Assembly (NCBI GenBank): GCA_039923775.1
Contig: JBDTCC010000022.1
Location: 5,649 to 69,648 of the forward strand
Source of the DNA: Gallionella sp.
GTDB lineage: Bacteria; Pseudomonadota; Gammaproteobacteria; Burkholderiales; Gallionellaceae
Reading direction: 5' to 3'
DNA length: 64,000 nt
Of this stretch, positions 39,356-47,244 are shown piece after piece. Each line of letters begins with the position of its first letter. Position 1 is the stretch's first letter. Position numbers and translations under genes: made by a program. Under the pieces are notes generated by a model, which had not been told where the DNA came from, did not search any database, and worked only from the letters and a program-made list of their open reading frames with translations.

Positions 39356-39379
39356 GCCGGGGGAATAGACACGTCTCGT

Positions 39380-39408
39380 TTTACTTTCAAACAACTGTTT
39401 GATAGAGT
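39380..39408 (+). promoter_or_regulatory. Efflux-operon promoter with palindromic operator in the spacer
   Basis: -35 TTTACT (39380-39385), 17-bp spacer, -10 TAGAGT (39403-39408). The spacer holds the inverted repeat TCAAACA-AC-TGTTTGA (39387-39402). Confidence 0.7.
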
Positions 39409-39461
39409 GGCGGGGTTAAAATTTGCATCACCCGGGTGATATTTTAAAGAACGGTTGAACC

Positions 39462-40955
39462 ATGGAGAAACAAATAAAAAAAATAACGGTTGCTCTTTCA
39501 CTCGCCATGCTGATGACGGGATGTGCCGTGGGCCCCGATTTCAAGCGGCCGGCGCCCCCTACCGTTAAAGGTTATACCGCTGAACCATTGCCTGCCCATC
39601 CTTCTTCAACGGATGCCGGACAGCAGTTCGTGGAGGGCCGTGACATTCCTGCGCAATGGTGGACGCTGTTCCATTCGCCGGCGCTTAACCAGCTGGTCGA
39701 GCGGTCGCTGAAGGCAAATCCCAATCTGCAGGCGGCACAGGCTACTTTGCGGCAGGCACAGGAAAATGTGTATGCAGCGGAAGGCACGCTGTTTCCCAGC
39801 GTCAATGCCAACGGGTCAGTCATGCGGCAAAAGACCAGCGGTGCCCAGAACGGACAGAAATTCCCGGGCTCGTTGTTTACACTCTATAACGCTTCAGTCA
39901 GCGTTTCCTATGGCATAGACCTGTTCGGGATAGCCCGCAGGGGTCTGGAGACGGTCGAGGCGCAACAGGAGTTCGAGCGCTTTCAGCTCGAAAGCGCCTA
40001 CCTGACCCTGACCGCGAACGTGGTGACTACGGCAGTGCAGGAAGCTTCGTTGCGTGCCCAGATTTCGGCAACCAGGGAGATCATCGATGCCGAAGCCCAG
40101 CAACTGGACATGTTGCAGAAGCAATACGATGTAGGCGCGCTTTCCAAATCCAGCGTGCTGGCCCAGCAAACTGCGCTTGCGCAAACCCGCGCCGGCTTGC
40201 CGCAACTGGAAAAGCAGCTGGCCCAGATACGCAATCAACTTGCCGCACTTGCAGGCTATTTCCCGAGCGAAAATGGCGCCGCAGCATTTGATCTCGAGAT
40301 GTTGCAACTTCCGCATGAACTGCCGGTAAGTTTGCCTTCAAAACTGGTTGAGCAGCGTCCCGATATTCGTGCCGCGGAATCGCAGTTACATGCTGCCAGC
40401 GCCGAGATCGGTGTAGCCACGGCCAGCATGTTCCCGCAACTTACGCTCAGCGCCGGAGCGGGATCGGTTGCCAACAGTGCCGGCAGCTTGTTTTCAGCAG
40501 GAAGCGGGATATGGAATGTTGGTGCAGGGCTGATACAGCCGATTTTCCGCGGTGGCACGCTACTGCACCAAAAACGTGCCGCGGTCGCCGCCTACGATGC
40601 CGCTGCTGCACAATATCGCAGCGTTGTGTTGTCGGCTTTCAAGGACGTAGCCAATGTGCTGGATGCGCTGCAGTCCGATAACAGCATCTTTGAAGCGCAG
40701 ACGGTAGCTGCGCAATCGGCAACCGACAGTCTCGACATTACGCGCAAACAGTACCAGGTTGGGGCGGCAAGTTATCTGTCATTGCTCAACGCCCAGCAGG
40801 CATATCAGCAAACCCGGATCGCGCTGGCACAGGCGCGTGCCACACGTTATGCCGATACGGCCGCGCTGTTCCAGTCGCTGGGCGGAGGCTGGTGGAATCG
40901 TGACGATGGATCAGACCAGACCAGTCACAAAATATCAGAGGTAGACAAACAATGA
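39462..40955 (+). CDS. RND efflux outer-membrane lipoprotein (NodT/OprM family)
   Basis: Lipobox LMTGC, AVGPDFKRP, WWTLF, RRPD-like EQRPDI, C-terminal SLGGGWW. Confidence 0.95.
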   Translation: MEKQIKKITVALSLAMLMTGCAVGPDFKRPAPPTVKGYTAEPLPAHPSSTDAGQQFVEGRDIPAQWWTLFHSPALNQLVERSLKANPNLQAAQATLRQAQENVYAAEGTLFPSVNANGSVMRQKTSGAQNGQKFPGSLFTLYNASVSVSYGIDLFGIARRGLETVEAQQEFERFQLESAYLTLTANVVTTAVQEASLRAQISATREIIDAEAQQLDMLQKQYDVGALSKSSVLAQQTALAQTRAGLPQLEKQLAQIRNQLAALAGYFPSENGAAAFDLEMLQLPHELPVSLPSKLVEQRPDIRAAESQLHAASAEIGVATASMFPQLTLSAGAGSVANSAGSLFSAGSGIWNVGAGLIQPIFRGGTLLHQKRAAVAAYDAAAAQYRSVVLSAFKDVANVLDALQSDNSIFEAQTVAAQSATDSLDITRKQYQVGAASYLSLLNAQQAYQQTRIALAQARATRYADTAALFQSLGGGWWNRDDGSDQTSHKISEVDKQ

Positions 40956-40998
40956 GTATCGTAACCATACAGCAGAATTTAAAACGGAGACAGCAACA

Positions 40999-42129
40999 AT
41001 GACAAAACGAATGGTGATCATGCTCGTTTTGGCCGGGTTGGTATTTGGCGGCATATTCGGCTTCCAGGCGTTCAAGGGGCGCATGATGAAAAAATACATG
41101 TCTTCCATGGGCAATACGCCACAAACGGTTTCAACCATCACAGCCGGCTATCAGGAATGGTTGCCGCAATTGGAGGCGGTCGGCAGCCTGCGCGCAATCA
41201 ATGGTGTCGAGGTCAGCCCTGAAGTGTCAGGCACCGTTGCCGCGCTCAATTTCATGCAGGGTCAGGATGTCAAGAAAGGAACGGTACTGGTGGAACTGGT
41301 TGCAGATAGCGACGTCGCCAGGCTGCATTCGCTTCAGGCTGCTTCCGCACTGGCCAAGAGCACTTACGCGCGCGACAGACAGCAATTCGAATTCAAGGCG
41401 GTCAGTCAGCAGGCGCTGGACATCGACAAGGCGAATTTGTCGCAGGCTGACGCTGCCGTGGCGGAACAGCAGGCAATGGTGAACAAGAAGTACATCCATG
41501 CGCTATTTTCGGGTCGCGTTGGCATACGTCAGGTAAGCGTGGGGCAATATTTGAATGCAGGTACGCCGGTGGTTTCGCTGCAGGCACTGGATCCGATCTT
41601 TCTGGACTTTTCGGTACCACAACAAAACATCAGCATGATTCAACATGGGCAGAAGGTGACCGCGACTTCCGATGCTTACCCGGAGGAAAAATTTACCGGG
41701 AGAATCATTGTGGTTAATCCGGAAGTTGATACGACTACACTGAACGTCAAGGTGAGGGCGGAACTAAAAAACCCGCACCATCGATTGCTGCCGGGCATGT
41801 ACGCGACCGTGGATATCTCTACCGGCAAGCCGCAACGCTATATCACGCTCCCGCAAACGGCGGTTACCTATAACCCGTACGGGAATATCGTGTTCGTGAC
41901 CGAGCAGCAGGGCACGGACGACAAAGGCAAGCCGAAACTCATCGTCAAGCAGGAGTTTGTCACCACCGGCAACACGCGCGGCGACCAGGTGGCCATACTC
42001 AAGGGGATCAAGGAAGGAGATGTCGTTGTTACTACGGGCCAGGTCAAACTGCACAACGGCTCGCTCGTTACTATCAACAACGATATCCAGCCGAGCAATC
42101 AGCCCAATCCCGAGCCCAAGGATGAATAA
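40999..42129 (+). CDS. RND efflux periplasmic adaptor (MexH-like)
   Basis: N-terminal TM, AVGSLRAINGV, lipoyl/hairpin region, LLPGMYA, GDQVAILKG. Confidence 0.95.
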   Translation: MTKRMVIMLVLAGLVFGGIFGFQAFKGRMMKKYMSSMGNTPQTVSTITAGYQEWLPQLEAVGSLRAINGVEVSPEVSGTVAALNFMQGQDVKKGTVLVELVADSDVARLHSLQAASALAKSTYARDRQQFEFKAVSQQALDIDKANLSQADAAVAEQQAMVNKKYIHALFSGRVGIRQVSVGQYLNAGTPVVSLQALDPIFLDFSVPQQNISMIQHGQKVTATSDAYPEEKFTGRIIVVNPEVDTTTLNVKVRAELKNPHHRLLPGMYATVDISTGKPQRYITLPQTAVTYNPYGNIVFVTEQQGTDDKGKPKLIVKQEFVTTGNTRGDQVAILKGIKEGDVVVTTGQVKLHNGSLVTINNDIQPSNQPNPEPKDE

Positions 42130-42144
42130 CACGGAACTGCCGCA

Positions 42145-45100
42145 ATGAAATTTACCGATCTATTCATCCGGCGGCCGGTATTGGCCATTGTTGTCAGTCT
42201 GGTGCTGCTGGTGCTTGGGCTGCGCTCGTTCGGCGTTCTGCCGGTACTTCAATTTCCGCGCACGCAGAACGCGGTGATCACCGTGAGCACAGTCTATGCG
42301 GGCGCAGCCCCCGATCTGGTTGCAGGCTTCATCACCACACCGCTGGAAAATGCCATTGCCCAGGTCGATGGCATCGATTACATGTCCTCGACCAGTACCA
42401 ACAGCAGCAGCGTGATTACTGTAACCCTGAAGCTGAATTACGATTCGGATAAGGCGCTGACCGAGATGAATGCACAGATCAGTTCGGTGCTTAATCAGTT
42501 GCCTCCCCAGACGCAAAAGCCGGTCATGAAAATCAGCGTCGGTGCGACCCTTGATGCGATGTATATCGGTTTTTCCAGCAAAGTGTTGCCGTCCAACAAC
42601 ATTACCGATTACCTGCTGCGCGTGGTGCAACCGAAGCTGCAGGCGGTGGATGGTGTGCAGACTGCGGAACTGATAGGCGCGAAGAATTTTGCGCTACGCG
42701 CATGGCTGGATCCCAAGAAGTTGGCCGCCTACGGCTTGACTGCGACTGATATCAGTACCGCGCTGGCACAAAATGACTTTCTCTCGGGTGTTGGTAATAC
42801 CAAGGGATTGATGGTTCAGGTCAATCTCAATGCGACAACGAATCTGCACTCTGAGGACGAATTTCGCAACCTGGTGATCAAGCAGTCGAATAATGCCATC
42901 GTGCGCTTGAAGGATGTCGCCAATGTTACGCTGGGGGCAGAAGACTATGAATCGGAGGTGGCGTTCGACGGTAACAGCGCGGTGTATATCGGCATCCAGG
43001 TGGCGCCCACGGCCAACTTGCTCGACGTGATCAAACGGGTTCGTGATGTGATGCCGGAGCTTCAGGCTCAGCTGCCTCAGGGCATCGAAGGCAAGGTCAT
43101 CTACGATTCCACCAAGTTCGTGAACAGTTCCATACACGAGGTGATCAAGACCCTGTCCGAAGCTTTGATCGTGATTATTCTTGTGGTATTCGCCTTCCTT
43201 GGCTCGCCCCGTTCGGTGCTGATTCCAGTGATTGCGATTCCACTGTCGTTGATCAGCACCTTTGCCATCATGCTGGCATTTGGCTTCTCGATCAATTTGT
43301 TGACTCTGCTTGCCTTTGTGCTTGCCATCGGACTGGTGGTGGACGATACCATCATCGTGGTGGAAAACGTCAGCCGTCATATCGAGGAAGGCATCGCACC
43401 GATGCAGGCGGCAATCTATGGGGCGCGCGAACTGGCAGGCCCGATCATCGCCATGACCATCGTGCTGATCTCGGTGTATGTGCCGATCGGATTTCAGGGC
43501 GGACTGACCGGCGCCCTGTTCACCGAATTCGCGTTTACACTGGTCGGCACCGTCACTGTTTCTGCAATCATCGCACTGACCCTGTCGCCGATGATGTGTT
43601 CGCGATTACTCAGGCCGCATCTTGCAACGGATACCAGTCTGGAATCCCGCGTTGTGCATTTCATCGATGCAAGCTTCGAAAAATTACACCACCGCTATGA
43701 GCGCATACTGCACGGTTCGCTCGATTATTTACCGGTGACAGCGGTTTTTGCGCTGATCGTGCTGGGCAGCATCTATTTCCTGTATGCCTCCGCCAAACAC
43801 GAACTGGCCCCGCAGGAAGATCAGGGCGTAATCATTGCCTCATTGACTGCCGCCCCAAACTCGACCCTGCAGCAACGCGAGCCCTATGCGAAGCAGAATT
43901 ACCAGATCTACGCCGGGCATCCTGAAACTGACCACGTTTTCCAGATTGATATGCCCGGCCGGATGATTGCCGGTATGGTGTTGAAACCGTGGGATGAGCG
44001 CAGCAAGACGGCGAGTCAGCTGCAACCGGGTATCCAGCACCAATTGAGCCAGATCGCCGGCGTACAGGCAGTGGCATTCCAGCCACCTTCGCTACCGGGC
44101 AGCCGGGGCCTGCCGATACAGTTCGTGATTGGCACCACCGAGCCGTTCGAACGTTTGAACGACGTGGTGCAGGAATTTTTGCAGAAGGCACAAAAGAGCG
44201 GCATGTTCATGTTCATCAATACGGACCTGCGTATTGATCTGCCGCAATCCACCGTGGTGATTGACCGCAACAAGGCGGCACTGCTGGGCCTGTCCATGCA
44301 GGACATCGGCAATTCGCTTTCGGCCATGCTGGGTGGTGGTTATGTCAACTACTTCAGTCTTGCGGGCCGTTCTTACAAGGTGATCCCACAGGTGCAACAG
44401 CGCTATCGCCTCAATACTGCACAGTTGCTCAACTATTATGTTCGCACCGCCAGTGGAGTATCTGTGCCGTTGTCCAGCGTCGTGCACATCACTTCTAAAA
44501 CGACTCCTGAGTCGCTGAACCATTTTCAGCAGCTCAACGCGGCAACGGTACAGGGCGTCGCGTCGCCGGGTGTGACGACCGGTGAAGCGCTGAGTTATCT
44601 CAAGGGCCTCGCCGACAAAACCCTGCCACAGGGCTATTCGGTGGATTACGGCGGGCAGTCCCGACAGTTCATGCAGGAATCCAGCGGATTTATCGCGATG
44701 TTCTCGTTCGCGCTGGTCATTATTTTCCTGGCGCTCTCAGCCCAATTCGAAAGTTTCCGTGACCCGCTCATCATCCTGGTCTCGGTGCCGATGTCGATCG
44801 CCGGGGCGATGATTTTCATCAGCCTCGGGGTTGGCGGCTCCAGCCTGAATATTTACACTCAGGTAGGGCTGGTGACCTTGATGGGTCTGATCAGCAAGCA
44901 TGGCATTCTGATTGTACAGTTTGCCAACAACCTGCGTCAGGAAGGCAAGACCAAGCGCGAGGCAATTGAAGAAGCTGCCGGCATCCGGTTGAGGCCTATT
45001 CTGATGACGACCGCTGCGATGGTGCTGGGGGTAATCCCTTTGATCATTGCCAGTGGCGCAGGCGCGGAATCGCGTTTCAACATGGGGCTGGTGATCGCGA

Positions 45101-45207
45101 GCGGACTCGCCATCGGTACCCTGTTCACGCTGCTCGTGGTGCCAGCGGTGTACATGCTGATTTCCAGCAATCATGTGAAACAAATTGAATCTGTCGATGC
45201 AGTCTAA
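42145..45207 (+). CDS. RND efflux permease (AcrB family, MexI/MexW-like)
   Basis: 1020 aa: FIRRPVLA; proton-relay motifs GLVVDDTIIVVEN, GLISKHGILIV and RLRPILMTT are intact. Confidence 0.96.
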   Translation: MKFTDLFIRRPVLAIVVSLVLLVLGLRSFGVLPVLQFPRTQNAVITVSTVYAGAAPDLVAGFITTPLENAIAQVDGIDYMSSTSTNSSSVITVTLKLNYDSDKALTEMNAQISSVLNQLPPQTQKPVMKISVGATLDAMYIGFSSKVLPSNNITDYLLRVVQPKLQAVDGVQTAELIGAKNFALRAWLDPKKLAAYGLTATDISTALAQNDFLSGVGNTKGLMVQVNLNATTNLHSEDEFRNLVIKQSNNAIVRLKDVANVTLGAEDYESEVAFDGNSAVYIGIQVAPTANLLDVIKRVRDVMPELQAQLPQGIEGKVIYDSTKFVNSSIHEVIKTLSEALIVIILVVFAFLGSPRSVLIPVIAIPLSLISTFAIMLAFGFSINLLTLLAFVLAIGLVVDDTIIVVENVSRHIEEGIAPMQAAIYGARELAGPIIAMTIVLISVYVPIGFQGGLTGALFTEFAFTLVGTVTVSAIIALTLSPMMCSRLLRPHLATDTSLESRVVHFIDASFEKLHHRYERILHGSLDYLPVTAVFALIVLGSIYFLYASAKHELAPQEDQGVIIASLTAAPNSTLQQREPYAKQNYQIYAGHPETDHVFQIDMPGRMIAGMVLKPWDERSKTASQLQPGIQHQLSQIAGVQAVAFQPPSLPGSRGLPIQFVIGTTEPFERLNDVVQEFLQKAQKSGMFMFINTDLRIDLPQSTVVIDRNKAALLGLSMQDIGNSLSAMLGGGYVNYFSLAGRSYKVIPQVQQRYRLNTAQLLNYYVRTASGVSVPLSSVVHITSKTTPESLNHFQQLNAATVQGVASPGVTTGEALSYLKGLADKTLPQGYSVDYGGQSRQFMQESSGFIAMFSFALVIIFLALSAQFESFRDPLIILVSVPMSIAGAMIFISLGVGGSSLNIYTQVGLVTLMGLISKHGILIVQFANNLRQEGKTKREAIEEAAGIRLRPILMTTAAMVLGVIPLIIASGAGAESRFNMGLVIASGLAIGTLFTLLVVPAVYMLISSNHVKQIESVDAV

Positions 45208-45323
45208 ACATGAAGAATATACAAGGCTCGCGTGGCTCAGCCCTGCAACGCAACTTTCTACCTGGAAATAGTAGGTGAAAGCCACTTTTCGGCAGGCAGT
45301 ACATCGCGGGAGACCGCTAGAAA

Positions 45324-45968
45324 ATGATGACTGAGGCGGAAATAAAAAGCGCAAGTGAACAAACCCGTTTGCGTTTGCTTGATGCGGCACGCGAGGTGTT
45401 CTCGGAGCACAGTTTTCAGGGTGCGACAGTGCGCGAGATTTGTCGCCGTGCAGATGCGAACGTTGCGGCGGTTAACTACCATTTTGGCAGCAAGGACGAA
45501 CTGCTTGCAGAAGCCCTTAACTTCGCGCCGCTTGCTGCATTGCAGAAAGCCAACCTCAATTTGGCAGAATGTCCCAGGGTACGGTTGCGCTTGTTTCTGC
45601 GCGATTTCATGGTGATGTTACTGGATGAGAAAAATTCTTCATCACAATGCCGAATCATGGTGCGCGAGCTGGCTGACCCGACTCCCGCGCTGGACAAGAT
45701 CGTACGTGAAGCCATTGCGCCGCTGCACAAGTTTTTGGGCCGGTTGGTGCGCGAGATCGTCGGAGATAAGGTCAGCGAGGCTGAGCTGCACCGCTGTGTG
45801 CACAGTATCATCGGCCAGTGCCTGTTCTATCGCCATTCACACCCGGTGTTGCAGCGTCTGCATCCCAGATTGCGCTATGACCGCAAGGAAATCGAGGCGA
45901 TAGGGGAGCATATCGCGGGATTTTCCCTGGCCGGGATAAGCTATCTTGATCAAGCCGGTCGAACTTGA
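45324..45968 (+). CDS. TetR-family regulator with CerR/CecR-type C-terminal domain
   Basis: RLLDAAREVF, ATVREIC, NVAAVNYHFGSKDEL HTH; IMVRELADPT, SIIGQCLFY. Confidence 0.9.
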   Translation: MMTEAEIKSASEQTRLRLLDAAREVFSEHSFQGATVREICRRADANVAAVNYHFGSKDELLAEALNFAPLAALQKANLNLAECPRVRLRLFLRDFMVMLLDEKNSSSQCRIMVRELADPTPALDKIVREAIAPLHKFLGRLVREIVGDKVSEAELHRCVHSIIGQCLFYRHSHPVLQRLHPRLRYDRKEIEAIGEHIAGFSLAGISYLDQAGRT

Positions 45969-46029
45969 TTCAATTATCTGATTCGACACATGCTGACGGT
46001 TGGGCTGTTCTCAAAATCCCGATCCAAAA

Positions 46030-46689
46030 ATGAAAATCATGAGTACCTTGCCTGCACAGCGTGAGCAGTCACGGAGCGAAGAAATCGCCAACAGCGTCAG
46101 CCACGGTATCGGGTTGATCGCGGCGCTGGCGGCAACCCCGTCTCTGATCATGGAAGCGATAAGTCGCGGCTCCCCGGGTTATATTGTCGGCGTGAGCGTT
46201 TTCGCCACTACCATGGTGTTGCTTTACCTTGCGTCAACCCTCTATCACGCGCTCCCTGTGGGCAAAACCAAAGGCGTGTTCCGCATCATTGAACATTCGG
46301 CGATCTTTCTGCTGATCGCCGGTACCTATACTCCGTTTACATTAGGCGTGCTTCGCGGTGCGTGGGGCTGGACCCTGTTCGGGCTGGTCTGGGGTATTGC
46401 ACTGGCCGGCGTGGCATTTAAGGTATTTCAGAAAATTCCTCACCCCGGAATTTCGACCGGACTCTACCTCTTCATGGGCTGGCTCATTCTGATCGCAGCC
46501 TATCCGATGTATGAGCGCGTACCCCTGTCAGGCCTGCTATGGCTGGTAGCGGGAGGGATGGCATACACGGCCGGCGTGGCTTTCTTCGTGACGGATTCGC
46601 GCTTGCGCTATGGCCACTTTATCTGGCATCTGTTTGTGATGGCGGGTACCGCATGTCATTACTGGGCAGTGTTCAGGTATGCGGCCTGA
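46030..46689 (+). CDS. Hemolysin III / PAQR family membrane homeostasis protein (TrhA-like)
   Basis: EEIANSVSHG, STLYHA, HSAIFLLIAGTYTPF, HFIWHLFV; seven TM segments. Confidence 0.93.
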   Translation: MKIMSTLPAQREQSRSEEIANSVSHGIGLIAALAATPSLIMEAISRGSPGYIVGVSVFATTMVLLYLASTLYHALPVGKTKGVFRIIEHSAIFLLIAGTYTPFTLGVLRGAWGWTLFGLVWGIALAGVAFKVFQKIPHPGISTGLYLFMGWLILIAAYPMYERVPLSGLLWLVAGGMAYTAGVAFFVTDSRLRYGHFIWHLFVMAGTACHYWAVFRYAA

Positions 46690-46744
46690 CTCCTGGATAG
46701 TCCACGGCCAACCCATGGGATCAGGATACGGGTAGAATCATGCC

Positions 46745-47209
46745 ATGAAAACAAATCGGCTCGCCCAGGTTGCCCTGCTGTTGTGGGTTGTCACGATTGC
46801 CGTACTGGCATGGTTCTTCCTGCGCGGGAGTACTACCGCGGGTACGGACCACAGAATCGCGATCATGTTGCCTCCCGCCGAGCGTGAGTTGGTACTGTCC
46901 GAAATGCGCGGTCTGTTGGTCGCGACACAGGGAATTCTGGAGGGTGCCAACCAGGGTGATATACCGCATATCATCAAGGCTGCACGTTCAGGAGGCATGG
47001 CCGGTACGGCGGAGGTCAATCCGGCGTTGATGGCAAAATTGCCCCTGGAGTTCAAAGCGCTGGGGATGAGCGTACACCACGACATGGATGCAATCGCCCA
47101 AGCAGCGGGTGACGGTCGACCGACGGCGGAACTGTTGAAAATGACATCGGACACTTTGGCGAAATGCGTTGCCTGCCATGCAGCGTGGCAGCTCAAGACG
47201 GTTAAATAA
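46745..47209 (+). CDS. Membrane-anchored class II (four-helix) c-type cytochrome
   Basis: N-terminal TM, helical body, single C-terminal heme-binding motif CVACH. Confidence 0.72.
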   Translation: MKTNRLAQVALLLWVVTIAVLAWFFLRGSTTAGTDHRIAIMLPPAERELVLSEMRGLLVATQGILEGANQGDIPHIIKAARSGGMAGTAEVNPALMAKLPLEFKALGMSVHHDMDAIAQAAGDGRPTAELLKMTSDTLAKCVACHAAWQLKTVK

Positions 47210-47244
47210 CGCGGGTATGCTGAGGGCTTGCTTTAAAGCTAAGC

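Noticed and set aside
39356-39461. Expected rnpB (RNase P RNA) after rsmI
   Set aside because: The gap is too short and lacks the conserved GAGGAAAGTCC motif.
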